Source: an uncultured Planctomycetota bacterium (GTDB taxonomy: Bacteria; Planctomycetota; Planctomycetia; Isosphaerales; Isosphaeraceae). From it: a DNA stretch of 64,000 nt. The translations under genes and the position numbers were made by a program. Shown here in pieces: positions 40,601-53,217 of the stretch (its first letter is position 1; the number at the start of each line of letters is the position of its first letter). A model generated the notes under the pieces. It was not told where the DNA came from, ran no database searches, and saw only the letters and a program-made list of their open reading frames with translations. The stretch spans positions 2,592,001-2,656,000 of the forward strand of contig CAVTTN010000002.1 of NCBI GenBank assembly GCA_963737655.1. Direction: 5' to 3'.

Positions 40601-43600
40601 CGAAGGCTCGGGCCGTGCGTGACCCCGACGACGAAGCCTTCGGGCTTTGAGCAGACCTCACGGGCTACGAGTCCGGGGGCCACGTCGTCGTGACCCCGAC
40701 GACGAAGCCTTCGGGCTTTGAGCAGATCATGAACCAGCGCGACTCCGGCGTCTCGAATGAGTGACCCCGACGACGAAGCCTTCGGGCTTTGAGCAGTCGA
40801 GGAGCCATAAGTCGCGATGATCCGCCGGGTCGTGACCCCGACGACGAAGCCTTCGGGCTTTGAGCAGGACATCTTCAAGGAAAAGGACCGGACCGGCGAG
40901 CAGAGTGACCCCGACGACGAAGCCTTCGGGCTTTGAGCAGTGATGGCGCAAGTCATCGACGCCGCGGCCCTGTTCGTGACCCCGACGACGAAGCCTTCGG
41001 GCTTTGAGCAGGGGATGTTCACGTTCACGGTCTGGCCGAAGGTGCCCTGTGACCCCGACGACGAAGCCTTCGGGCTTTGAGCAGATGAATCCACCAACAC
41101 GCTCGGCATCCGGCTGGAGTGACCCCGACGACGAAGCCTTCGGGCTTTGAGCAGTCGTAGGAGACCGGCGAGCCCCGCCCGCTCCAGGCGTGACCCCGAC
41201 GACGAAGCCTTCGGGCTTTGAGCAGCTGCGCGGGGGGAAGTGAAGTGAAGCGATCGCTCGTGTGACCCCGACGACGAAGCCTTCGGGCTTTGAGCAGCCT
41301 CGTTCATGGCGACGGGAGCCAACGGCATCGTCCCGTGACCCCGACGACGAAGCCTTCGGGCTTTGAGCAGCAGCACGAAGCCGCTCGGGCGTTGGGCCTC
41401 TCGCAATGTGACCCCGACGACGAAGCCTTCGGGCTTTGAGCAGCCACCTACGAGGCCACCCCGCGCCGGATCGGCTTTGTGACCCCGACGACGAAGCCTT
41501 CGGGCTTTGAGCAGTGGTAATCCGAGTCGGGGATCGCCGCGAGGTCCGCGTGACCCCGACGACGAAGCCTTCGGGCTTTGAGCAGACCGCGAAGGGAGGC
41601 TCCATGCCGTGGGTGCGTAAGCGGCGTGACCCCGACGACGAAGCCTTCGGGCTTTGAGCAGGCCTGATCTACGAGACGGTGCGCGACCTGTGCTGTCGTG
41701 ACCCCGACGACGAAGCCTTCGGGCTTTGAGCAGCAGACCATCGGGCCCCCGAACCCGAGCGACCGGGCGGTGACCCCGACGACGAAGCCTTCGGGCTTTG
41801 AGCAGTTTAAGGGCAATGGCAAGGAGGAACGCAAGCTGGTGTGACCCCGACGACGAAGCCTTCGGGCTTTGAGCAGCGGAAGGCCGCGGAGTGGCTGAGG
41901 CGCAAGCTCGCCGTGACCCCGACGACGAAGCCTTCGGGCTTTGAGCAGCCCAGGAGGATCGACAGGTCACCCTCTTGACCGGGTGACCCCGACGACGAAG
42001 CCTTCGGGCTTTGAGCAGCATCGAAGGCGAGCGATCTCAAGATGCGTGTAAATGTGACCCCGACGACGAAGCCTTCGGGCTTTGAGCAGACCTCGGCCGC
42101 CCACGGGTTCTCGGTCGGGCAGGCGGGTGACCCCGACGACGAAGCCTTCGGGCTTTGAGCAGCCGCGCGGAACCTCCGGGCGATGAGGCACGCGCGATGT
42201 GACCCCGACGACGAAGCCTTCGGGCTTTGAGCAGGTGAACGTGTTGCGGGCCATGGGGCACCTCGGGGGAGTGACCCCGACGACGAAGCCTTCGGGCTTT
42301 GAGCAGTAATTGCTGGAGTCGCAGGAGTCGGCCATGCCCTTGTGACCCCGACGACGAAGCCTTCGGGCTTTGAGCAGCTGAGGCGAACAGGGGCAGCGGC
42401 CCGGGAGGCGTGTGTGACCCCGACGACGAAGCCTTCGGGCTTTGAGCAGCCGAGCGGGCCGAGGCCGCCGCCTTCCTCGGCCTGTGACCCCGACGACGAA
42501 GCCTTCGGGCTTTGAGCAGAACTCCTGGGGGACGCGGGGCCGGGGCGGCGGCTGGCGTGACCCCGACGACGAAGCCTTCGGGCTTTGAGCAGCCGTAGCC
42601 GTACTCGTCCTTGCACCACTGGAGGAGTGACCCCGACGACGAAGCCTTCGGGCTTTGAGCAGTTGACCTTGCCCGACGGGAACGGCGCCGCCGGGTCCGT
42701 GACCCCGACGACGAAGCCTTCGGGCTTTGAGCAGTGGAGACCTGGAAGGAGACGCGGCGGGTGATCGAGTGACCCCGACGACGAAGCCTTCGGGCTTTGA
42801 GCAGACGCATGACGGGCTGTGGAACCGTTATAGCAGCAGTGACCCCGACGACGAAGCCTTCGGGCTTTGAGCAGCTTCAGGCGTTTGGGGAGGGGTTCTC
42901 CGCCGGGGGTGACCCCGACGACGAAGCCTTCGGGCTTTGAGCAGTCTTCCGCACCGGCACGAACGGCCCGGCGATCGAGTGACCCCGACGACGAAGCCTT
43001 CGGGCTTTGAGCAGCCCTCAGCCCTGCGTGATGGCGACGGATACGTTCGGTGACCCCGACGACGAAGCCTTCGGGCTTTGAGCAGTGTTCATGGCCGGCA
43101 AGCCAGGGGAAGCGGCGGAGAGTGACCCCGACGACGAAGCCTTCGGGCTTTGAGCAGGAGTCGCCGACCTCCATAGCGCCGACGGAGACGCCCGTGACCC
43201 CGACGACGAAGCCTTCGGGCTTTGAGCAGCACGTCAGGACACCTCCACGATGCGCATGTCGGCGGGTGACCCCGACGACGAAGCCTTCGGGCTTTGAGCA
43301 GTCCTTGACCAGCGCGACCATCGCGCCGAGCGACCGTGACCCCGACGACGAAGCCTTCGGGCCTTGAGCAGCTCTGGGCCACCTGGCTCCCGCTGGAGCC
43401 GGAGGGTGACCCCGACGACGAAGCCTTCGGGCTTTGAGCAGAGTCGAACACATCCCCTTCGCCGGGGACGTGGCGACGTGACCCCGACGACGAAGCCTTC
43501 GGGCTTTGAGCAGAACGGACAGGAGCCCCGCGCCGGACCCTCGTCTCGTGTGACCCCGACGACGAAGCCTTCGGGCTTTGAGCAGTCGGGGTGTGTCGAG

Positions 43601-43730
43601 ATGGGCACCACCCGCCGGAATTGTGACCCCGACGACGAAGCCTTCGGGCTTTGAGCAGCTCACGACCCTCCCCGGGAACCCGCTGCGCCGCCTGGTGACC
43701 CCGACGACGAAGCCTTCGGGCTTTGAGCAG
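37692..43730 (+). CRISPR. CRISPR array, about 85 repeats (hand count) of 36-bp GTGACCCCGACGACGAAGCCTTCGGGCTTTGAGCAG, spacers ~33-40 bp
   Basis: Essentially invariant repeats with ~71-bp period; one T>C variant seen at 43363. Confidence 0.98.
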
Positions 43731-43744
43731 GCCCTCGACAAGGT

Positions 43745-44804
43745 CCGCACTTTCCGCGACTTCAAGCATCTGAGCCGCTGAGAAGCGGCACGCAGACGAG
43801 GGCCGGCCCGACCGGGACGATGGCGGTTACCACGCCAGCCGATCATCCCAGGCGGAGCCGGCCCCCGATGATATCCTCGCATCCGCTCGCCGCCCCGTGC
43901 CAGTGGTTCGCGCGATTGGCCGGGGCCCTCGATCGCCGATCCGCGCCCCGGCTCGCCCTCCTGTTCCTCGGCGCCGTCCTGGCCCGGGGGCGGCGGACCG
44001 TCACCAGCTGGATCAGGGCGGCGAGGCTCGGCCCCCAGTTCCGCCCCTGCTACACGGCCGTCGCGGCGGCCGGCAAGAAGGCCGACGCCGTCGCCGCTCG
44101 CCTGGCCCTCGCGGTCGTCGGGCCGCTGGTCGCCGATGCCTCGCGGCTGACCCTCGCCCTGGACGACACCCCGACCCCGCGCCACGGGCCGCACGTCCGG
44201 GGGCCGGCGTCCACCACAACCCCACCCCCGGGCCGGCTGGGTCGCCGTACCTCTACGGCCATGTCTTCGTCGTCCTGGGGCTCCTCGTCGCCCACCCGGC
44301 CTGGGGCGCGATCGCCCTGCCACTGCTGGCCCGGATGCATGTCCGCAAGGTGGACCTCGCCGGCATCGACCCGAGGCACCGGCCCGCGTTCCGGACCAAG
44401 TTGGAGCTGGCCGTCGAGCTGCCGCGATGGGCGAGGGCGTGGCTCGGGCCGCTCGGCAAGCCATTCTGGGTGGTCGCCGACGGGGCCTATGCCAAGGCGA
44501 GCTTCCTCAAGCCGGCGATCGGCCTGGGGATGACGGTCGTCAGCCGGCTCCGCAAGGACGCCGCGTTGCGGACGGTGCCCGGCCCGCGACCGCCGGGGCG
44601 TCGCGGCCGCCCTCGGAAGTACGGCGAGGGCGTCATCGACCTGGCCAAGCGGGGCGGCCAGCGGCGGGGCTGGCGTCGCGAATTGCTGGGCGAGGAGATT
44701 GGTGCGACTCTACGCCCGGGGGCGACCGAGGCGGAAATTCAGGCCACAGCTGAGAGGCTGCTCAGCCTGGCTGCATGACATGCATGGTCCCTCGGAAAGT
44801 GCAG
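43745..44804 (+). mobile_element. IS701-family element, frameshifted and internally deleted, abutting the array end
   Basis: TIR C(C/T)GCACTTTCCG at 43745-43756 and 44793-44804; GRRTVTSW, LALDDTPT, FRTKLELA, VADGAYA, SRLRKDAAL. Confidence 0.85.
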
Positions 44805-44813
44805 GACCCGGCC

Positions 44814-45280
44814 ATGGGGCCCAAATCTCCGACCCACGCACGCAACGGTCGCGGGCCGGCCGGATCGCTGGCGGCATTCGCCTGCCCCGACCCCGACTGC
44901 CCGCTGTTCAACCGCTTCGACGCCGGCAACCTCTCGGTCGTCGAGTACACAGGCAAGCACAAGGACATCCGCCGCCTGTACTGCTCGGCCTGCAAGCGCC
45001 GGTTCAGCGAGCGGCAGGGGACGCTCCTGCGGTACTCGAAGCTCCCCGAGGAGGCCGTCGTCCGCATCGTCAAGTGCCTGGGGCACGGCTGCTCGGTCGA
45101 GGCGACCGCCGACATCTGCGACGTCGACCCCTGCACCGTCGGCCGCATCCTCGAGCAGGCCGGCCGCCGCGCCGAGGACTTCCACAGGCTCCAGCTCGAC
45201 CGACTGGAAGCGGCCCCCGAGGCGGTCCAGCTCGACGAGCCGCACGGCCGGGTCAGCCCCGAGCCGGCGAAAGAGGGGGC
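44814..45280 (+). mobile_element. IS1-like transposase N-terminal fragment
   Basis: ACPDPDC..RRLYCSACKRRFSERQGT zinc ribbon, HTH, VQLDE, then breaks off. Confidence 0.65.
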
Positions 45281-45662
45281 GCCGATCGGCTCCTCGCCGC
45301 GAACCGACCGAGGCCGGGGACGCGGCGGGGTGGCCGCCGCGGCCACCCATCCCGACCGGGTCCTCCTGACGAGGAGCCTCGGGGTCGTCCCTCTACTCGA
45401 CGAACGCCGAGCCCAGGAGGTCCCTGGCCGACCCTCTCGGCCGGCGGGCCCGAGGCCGACCGCGTACAGAAGTACCGGGACATCCATCCACGGCGTGGAC
45501 GCGGCGTCCACGTCTACCGGATGACTACCGGATCAGCCGGCCGGATACCGCGATTCCCCGCGTTTTCTTGAGCCGGTAGGCGAGGGCTTGCAAGAAATCG
45601 TCCCGGGCGTAAAATGAGGCCGGGCTGGGACTTCTATCGGCTTTCCCCCGGCCCCGTGGGTC

Positions 45663-45706
45663 GCCTCCGAAGCTGAAGGTTACAGGTTCAAGTCCTGTCG
45701 GGCATA
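45663..45706 (+). other. 3' half of tRNA-Arg(CCG); putative att site at the right island boundary
   Basis: GCCTCCGAAGCTGAAGGTTACAGGTTCAAGTCCTGTCGGGCATA gives anticodon loop CTCCGAA, T-arm and 3' acceptor strand; no D-arm or 5' acceptor upstream. Confidence 0.8.
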
Positions 45707-45715
45707 CTGCGACGC

Positions 45716-45745
45716 AAACCCCTGGGAGACCGGGGGTTTCTTTTT
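45716..45745 (+). terminator. Rho-independent terminator after the tRNA fragment
   Basis: AAACCCCTGG-GAGA-CCGGGGGTTT stem followed by CTTTTT. Confidence 0.75.
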
Positions 45746-46057
45746 GCGCCGAGGGGCCAAACCGTAACCCTTCGGAGTGCCTCCGTCGTTCTACGAAGTC
45801 GTTTTACGGTCCGCAGATGGCTCGAATCGAGCCTCTTGTCGGACCGAATGGTTGGCTTATTTGAAAAATGAAAAAAGAACGTTATATTTGACGCGCGATC
45901 CGTGGGAAGGCGCGGACTCCGAACCCCTTCGTCGCGGAAGGGCGGCCCGGCGTCGGGTGGCCGTGCGGTTCGTCCCCGGACCTCCTCGGCCCGTCCGTCT
46001 TCCGGCGCCGGCCTGCCGAAGACGGATTGTCCTCCTCCCCAACGGAGCCCATCGGGC

Positions 46058-49000
46058 ATGCGGCACGCAAGGAGAGGACGACGGCGAGCCGACCTCGGCC
46101 GGTCCCTGGCCGCCTCTTCCTCCGACCCGATGGGCCCCGGCCTGGCCGGGGCGTCCGTGCCCCTGGGCGAGGCTTTGGAAGAGAGGCTCTTGCTCAGCGG
46201 GCCCGACGGCGGTGCCCCCGGGACGACGTTCACCGTCACCACGACGGCCGATTCCGGGCCCGGCTCGCTCCGCCAGGCGATCCTCGACGCCGACGGCAAC
46301 CCCGGGCTCGATCGGATCGCCTTCGCGATCGGGACCGGCCCGCAGACCATCCGGCCGTCATCCCCATTGCCGGTGATCGTGGATCCGGTCCTCCTGGACG
46401 CCCGGACCCAGCCGGGTTTCTCGGGATCGCCCTCGATCGAGATCCGGGGAGACGCCGCCGGGTCGGGGGCCGACGGGCTCCAGGTCCGATCGGGTGGGAG
46501 CGCCGTCCTGGGGATCTCGATCGACGGTTTCGACGGGGCGGGCATCGAGCTCGACGCCGGGGGCCAGGACCTCATCCAGGGGGACCGGATCGGGCAGGAC
46601 CCCGAGTTCTCCGGGTCCGTGGGGAACCGCGAGGGGCTCCTGGTCGTCGGATCGGCCGGGAACACGATCGGAGGGGCCGGGGGGACGTTGACCGACGTGA
46701 TCTCGGGCAACCGGGGGGACGGCGTCCACCTCGTCGGCCCGCTGAGCTCGGGGAATTGGATCGGCGGCGACTTCATCGGGGTCGATCCGACCGGGGCGAA
46801 CTACGACGGCAATTTCAGCAGCGGGGTGTTCCTGGACGGGGCCGGCGGCAACACGATCTCGGGCGTCCTGCCGGTCCAGGGCGCCACCCCGGGCGTGGCG
46901 ACCCCGGGCGAGACGGTGATCTCGGGCAACCTGAACGACGGGGTCCGGATCGCCGGGGCCTCGGCGGCGAGCAACGTGATCTCGGGGGCCCTGATCGGGC
47001 TGAACGCGGGGGGGACGGCCCCGATCAGCAACGGCTTCTCGGGCGTGGCGATCCTCGACGCGCCGGGGACGATCGTCGGCGGGCCGTCCGGGGCGAGCGG
47101 GGACGTGATCTCCGGCAACGGGCTGATCTACCTCAACTCCGCCTCCGACCCGATGTCGGCCTCGGGCGTCCTGGTCTCCGGCGCCGGCTCCTCGGGCACC
47201 CGGATCCAGAGCGACCGGATCGGCACCACGGCCGACGGCCGGCTCGACGCCGGGAACCTCGGCGACGGCGTCCGGATCGAAGGGGCGGGGAGCGTCACGG
47301 TCCGGGGGGACGTGATCTCGGCCAACGGGTTGGCGACCGTCGGCCAGACGGCCGGGGTCCACGTCCTGGGCGCCGGGGCGACCGGGAACCTGATCGCCGG
47401 GGACCTCATCGGGACGGACTTCGCCGGCATCGACGCCCTGGGGAACAAGCAGGACGGCGTCCTGATCGAGCTCGGGGCCTCGGGCAATACCGTCGGCGGA
47501 ATCACGGAGGCGGACCGCGACGTGATCTCGGGGAACGACCAGCCGGTCTCCGCGATCCTCTCGACCGGGCCGTTCGGCTATGCCTCGGCGGGCGTCCACC
47601 TGGCGCTCGGCGCGGCCGGGAACCTCGTCGTCGGCAACTTCATCGGCCTGGACGTCGGGGGGATCGAGGCCGTCGCCAACCGTCAAGACGGGGTCCTGAT
47701 CAGCTCGGGCGCCTCGGGCAACACGATCGGCGGCACCCACGTCGGGGCGGGCGACGCGATCTCGGGCAACGCCTTCAATGGCGTCCAGGTCGTCGATTCG
47801 ACGTCCTCCGGGAACGTGATCCTCGGCGACCGGATCGGCACCGATCCCTCCGGCGAGTTCTCGGCGAGGGCCACCGGCAACCTCGGCAACGGCAACGAGG
47901 GGGTCTGGATCGTCGACGCCCCGGGCACGACCATCGGCGGCCCGGGCTCCGGCGCGGCCGACGTGATCTCGGGCAACGGAGGCGCCGGCGTCCTGATCGG
48001 CGACCCCTCCGACCGGCCGCCCACCTCGGACGCCTCCGGGGCGGTGATCCAGGGGAACCTCATCGGCGTGGACGTCCTTTCCGCGAATCGCTTGCCGAAT
48101 GCCCTGGGCGGCGTCTACATCGCGAACCTCCAGGGCGATGCCTCGGCCCCCTCGGTCCAGGTCTTCCAGGACGTGATCTCGGGCAACAACGGCGACGGCG
48201 TCTTCGTCTCGGATTCGTCCGGCGTCCTGTTCCTGGGCGACCGGGTCGGGACCGACTCGAGCGGGACCGTCCCCCTCCAGAACGCGGGCTACGGGGTGAT
48301 CCTCGACGAGTCCTCGGCCGTGACTCTCGGCGGGACGGCCGCCGGGGACGCCAACGTGCTCTCGGCGAACCTCCTGGCCGGGGTCGCCCTGGTCGGCTCC
48401 TCCGGGAACCGGATCCAGGGCAACTTCATCGGGACCGACCCGGCCGGGGCCCTGGACCTCGGCAACCACGACGACGGCGTGATCCTCTCGCTCGGGTCGG
48501 ACGACAACACCCTCGGCGGCGACGCCCCGGGGGCCGGCAACGTGATCGTGGCGAACGTCGGCTCGGGGGTCCTGATCCAGGGGGCCGACGACGACCTCGT
48601 CGCCGGCAACTTCCTCGGGACCCGGGACCTCGGGAACCACGTCGATGGCGTCAACATCATCGACTCCGCCGGGATCGCCGTCTCGTCCGGCAACGTGATC
48701 GTCGCCAACGGGGCCAACGGCGTGGAGATCGTCGGCTTCTCGGCGAGAAACCTCGTCCAGGGCGATCGGATCGGCATCGATCTCGACGACCGGCAGGACG
48801 CCAACGGCGGCGACGGCGTGAAGGTCGTCGGGACGTCGGGCAACACGATCGGCGGGACGTCCCCGGCGACGGGATCGCCCTCGGGCAACCTGATCTCGGG
48901 CAACGGGTCGTCGGGCGTCCACCTGATGTCCGGCGCCTCGGCCAACCTCGTCGCGACGAACTTCCTCGGGCTGGACAGCTCCGGGGCGATCGCGGTCCCG

Positions 49001-51753
49001 AACCGGCAGACCGGCGTCGAGATCGACGATTCGGGCGGGAACACGATCGGGGGGTCGTCGGCGGGGTCGCGGAACGTGATCTCGGGCAACCGCGGGGCCG
49101 GCGTCCTGACCTCCGGGTCGCCCAAGGACGGGCCCGGCAACCTGATCGCCGGCAATTTCCTCGGGACCGACGCCTCGGGGCCCGCCCCCTCGGCAACGGC
49201 CTGGACGGCGTCCAGATCGTCGATTCTCCGGGCAATACCGTCGGCGGGGCCTCGGCCGGGCTCCGCAACGTGATCTCGGGCAACCGCGAGGGCGGGATCC
49301 GACTCTCGGGCCCGGACTCGACCCGAAACGTCCTGGCCGGGAACTTCATCGGGACCGACGAGACGGGCGAGGCCGGCATCGACGACCTCGGCCGGTCGAT
49401 GGGCAACGGCCTCGACGGCATCCTCCTGACGTCCGCCGGCGGGAACCTCATCGGAGGCCCCTCGGCCGACTCGCGGAACCTGATCGACGACAACCTCGCC
49501 GACGGCGTGGCGATCCTGGGCCTCTCCGAGGCCAACGTCCTGTCGGGCAACTGGATCGGCCTGGACGCCCTGGGGATCGCGCCTCTGGGGAACCTGGGCG
49601 ACGGCGTGTTCGTCAACGGGTCGGGGTTCAACCAGATCGGCTCCGGGACGCTCGGGAACGTGATCTCCGGGAACCTCGGTAATGGCGTTCGGATCACGGA
49701 CAACACGATCCCCGGGACGTCCCCCCTGCTCCAGGGTTTCAACGAGGTCCAGGGGAACTTCCTCGGGACCACCGCCTTCGGGGGGCCGGCGACGGTCTCC
49801 GGCCTCGCCGTCCCCGCGGCCGTCCCCAACGGGCTCGACGGCATCCTGATCGACAACGCCCTGGGCGACCTGATCGGAGGCCCCGGGGGCGGAGACCTCG
49901 GCCAGAGCCGCTCCCCCCTGGGCAACGTGATCTCCGGGAACGCCCAGAACGGAATCCACGTCCGGAACTCGGTCCCCGGGGGCGACCAGAGCCGGAGGGT
50001 CGTCATCCAGGGCAACGACGTCGGCCTGGACGCCTCGGGCACCTCTCCCGTCCCCAACGGCGTCGATGGCATCTTCCTCGACAACTCCGGGTCGGTCGAG
50101 GTCGCCGACAACCTCGTCTCGGCCAACCGCCAGAACGGCGTGGACGTCCTCTCCGGGCCTCTCGGCGCCCCCGATGCGTCCCACACGATCCTCCACAACC
50201 GGATCGGGACGGACTTCCTCGGGACGGCCCCCCTCGGCAATGGCGCGGCCGGGGTGTTCATCAATAACTCGTCAGACAACGTCATCGGAGGGATCAATCC
50301 GACGACGAACACCACGCCATCGCTCGGCAACGTGATCTCGGCGAACCTCGGGGCCGGGATCGTCCTCGAGGGCGACCTCTCGACGGGCGACCTGGTCCTC
50401 GGCAACTTCCTCGGGACGGACGCCTCGGGGACCGCGGCGCTGGGCAATCCCATCGGCGTCTACCTCCTGCATTCGAGCGGCAACACCATCGGATCGGCCC
50501 AGGCCGGGGCCGGGAACGTGATCTCGGGCAATCTCGCCGAAGGGGTCCGGGTCGAGGGCGGCGATTCCCTCTCGAACCTGGTCGTGGGCAACCGGATCGG
50601 GACCGACCCGGCGGGATCGCTCGCCGTGGGCAACCTCACCGGGGTGGCGGTCGTGGGCGCGGCCGGGACCACGATCGGCGGCCTCTCGGCGGGGTCGGGC
50701 AACGTGATCTCGGGGAACTCGGCGGCCGGGATCTCGATCCAGGCGGGAGCCGCGGAGACGATCGTCGAGGGAAACGTCCTCGGGCTCGGCGCGTCGGGCG
50801 AATCCCTTTTGGTCGGCCCCGATGGCCGGCCCGTCGTCGCGGACTCGGCCCGGCAGCAGGCCGGGGTCGTCGTCGATTCCTCCCCGGGCACGGTCCTCGG
50901 AGGGCCGTCGCCGTCGGCCCGGAACGTGATCTCGGGGAACCGCGTGGGGGTGGTCCTGGAAAGCCTGAACCCCTTCGCCCCGGGCCAGCCCGCCGGAGCC
51001 CTCGGGACGATCGTCCAGGGGAACTTCATCGGCCCGGGGGCCTCGGGAGCGGCCGGGACCTCCGTCGGCAACCGGTTCGGCGTCTACATCGACGGATCGA
51101 CGTTCAACCTGATCGGCGGGACCGCTCACGGCGAGGGCAACGTGATCTCGGGGAACTCGGCGGCGGGCATCGAACTCTTCGGCAACCTCGCCGCCGGGAA
51201 CCTGGTGGAGGGGAACTCGATCGGCACCGACGCGGCCGGGTCCGGGTCCCTGCCCAACGGCTCGGGCGTGTACATCGAGGGCGCCCGCCCCTTCGGCTTC
51301 GTCGATCCGACGAACCCCCAGGCGAGGCCCACTGTCCTGGGCAACACCATCGGCGGGAAGGCCGCCGGCGCCGGCAACCTGATCGCCCACAACGCCGCGG
51401 GCGTGTACCTGTTCGGAGGGGCGGCGGGCAACTCCGTCGTCGGCAACCGCATCCTCGACAACACGTCCTATGGCATCCTGCTGTTCAACTCGGCGGGGAA
51501 CTCCGACGACGCGAGCGCGAAGGGCAATACGGTCCGAGGCAACACCCTGGCCGATTTCCGCGAATACACCGGGCCGACGACCCCCCGGACCGACCCCTCC
51601 GCGGCTCCGCCGAGCCAGCCCATCCGCAGGGGGCGGGCCCATCGAGCCGCCCCGGGGTCGAAGGCGTCGCGACCGGCCCGCCATCGCCGGGCGTCGGCCG
51701 CCGTCGAGGTCGGCTCGCCCGTCCCCGGCGGCCCCCTGCGACGGGGCCTCTGA
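46058..51753 (+). CDS. Large secreted right-handed parallel beta-helix repeat protein (frameshift ~49180)
   Basis: EALEERLLLS (LEPR-XLL-like), DSGPGSLRQAI, many NVISGN/GNFIGTD repeats. Confidence 0.85.
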
Positions 51754-51765
51754 GGCTCAACCGCC

Positions 51766-53217
51766 TCAACCGCCGAGGAACGGCGTGGCCGTCTGCGACC
51801 GCCTCGGCGCCCCGAACCGGAAGTTCAGGAGGGCGATCGCCTCGACGCCGAACGGCCGGGGGTCGGTGACCGGCGCGGCCACCCCGAAGGTCAAGACGCC
51901 CCGCGACCGGATCTCGAAGTTCACGCCCGACGTCAGGTTCACCACGTCGGGCGTGGCGCCCTTGTCGAAGAGGCTGTAGGCGTCGCGGTGGTTGATCGGG
52001 GTCGTCACGTGGACCTCGAACGTGGGGACCACGGCGGTCAGCCACCGGCCCGGCGAACGGTCCTGGTAGAGGAAGTAGCCGAGCGCGGCATCGCTGTAGA
52101 TGATCGTCGGCAGGTTGTAGTTCTGGGGGACGTCGATCGCCTCGAACCCCTGGAGGAACAGCTTCCCGAAGGTCAGGTAGTAGCCGAAGAACGGCTGGAC
52201 GGTCGTGGTGTGGTAGGCCCGCGGCGTCTGCCGGAGGAACGGGGCCCCGGCGAACGTGGCCGGGCCGGTCGGCGGAGTCACGGCGAGCCCGACCGAGGCG
52301 AGGTTGTTCCGCCGGGGGTCGTAGGCGATCACGTACTTCAGGTACGGAGTGAGGTCTCCCAGGGCCGTCGAGGTCCCGCCCTGGCTCCGGAGCTGACCGG
52401 CCCGAGCCTCCGCCGAGGCCGTGTTCAGGGGGAGCCGGAGGCCGATCGACCCGTTCCCCTGGGCGAACGTCTTCTCGACCCCGAAGACGCTCCGATCCAC
52501 GCGGAGGTGATCGTAGGGCGTCTCGAACACCCGGTTCAAATGCTCGTTCACGTCGCTGAAATAGTTGAACGAATAATAGATGCGATCCTGGGGGAAAGGC
52601 GATTGGTTGTCGGCGATCTTGAACCCGCGGACCGTCGGGTTCAGGAGCGATCGGGAGTTCGGATTCGGCAGCCGGGGCGGGGAATTGGGCGGGAACGGCT
52701 GGGGGAGCACGGGCCCGCCCGGGACCGTCGCCAGTTGATGGATCGAGAACGGCCCCATGTCCCCGATCATGGGGAAGTAGCCGCCCCCGCCCCCGCTCAC
52801 GACACCCCCGAGGCCCGACGACGGCGAGGCCACCGCGCCTGCCCCGCCGAACGGATCGGCGCCCAATGCACCGTCCGAGACGGCCCCGCCCGGCCCGAGG
52901 CCCGGCGGTGCGATCGAGGACCGGCCGCCCTCCCCTCCGGGAACGGCCGACGAGGCGGCTCCCCCGTCGCCGGTCGAGCCCCCGATCTCCTCGGATCGAC
53001 CACGATCATTTCCCGGGCGGGTCCGGGGGACGTTCGACTGCGACGACGGCCGAGGCGCGGAATCCGTCCTCGACGGTGACGATCCTTGGGCCGCCCCGAC
53101 CGGGCCCGGCCCGGCGTCCCCAGGCTCCTGCGCGAACAGAGGGGCCGCGATCGCCAACCGCAGGCAAACGAGCATCCCGAACCTGCCCGCAAGACCGACC
53201 GCTTTCCTTCGTCGCAT
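51766..53217 (-). CDS. Conserved planctomycete-type secreted/outer-membrane beta-barrel-like protein
   Basis: Signal peptide, low-complexity linker, RGFKIADNQSP.PQDR, amphipathic strands ending LLNFRFG. Confidence 0.7.
   Translation of the reverse strand: MRRRKAVGLAGRFGMLVCLRLAIAAPLFAQEPGDAGPGPVGAAQGSSPSRTDSAPRPSSQSNVPRTRPGNDRGRSEEIGGSTGDGGAASSAVPGGEGGRSSIAPPGLGPGGAVSDGALGADPFGGAGAVASPSSGLGGVVSGGGGGYFPMIGDMGPFSIHQLATVPGGPVLPQPFPPNSPPRLPNPNSRSLLNPTVRGFKIADNQSPFPQDRIYYSFNYFSDVNEHLNRVFETPYDHLRVDRSVFGVEKTFAQGNGSIGLRLPLNTASAEARAGQLRSQGGTSTALGDLTPYLKYVIAYDPRRNNLASVGLAVTPPTGPATFAGAPFLRQTPRAYHTTTVQPFFGYYLTFGKLFLQGFEAIDVPQNYNLPTIIYSDAALGYFLYQDRSPGRWLTAVVPTFEVHVTTPINHRDAYSLFDKGATPDVVNLTSGVNFEIRSRGVLTFGVAAPVTDPRPFGVEAIALLNFRFGAPRRSQTATPFLGG

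Noticed and set aside
37728..43694. Self-targeting or island-targeting spacers in the main array
   Set aside because: Only short (about 12 nt or less) chance matches were seen by eye; an exhaustive alignment was not possible
37414..44464. Long repetitive ORFs (LLKARRLRRRGH / CSKPEGFVVGVT)
   Set aside because: Translations of the CRISPR repeats
45630..45706. Complete tRNA-Arg gene
   Set aside because: The 5' acceptor strand and D-arm are absent; only the 3' half is present
26724..45706. CRISPR-associated transposon (CAST)
   Set aside because: cas3 and cas1/2 are present, no tnsABC/tniQ is seen, and the nearby IS elements are unrelated remnants
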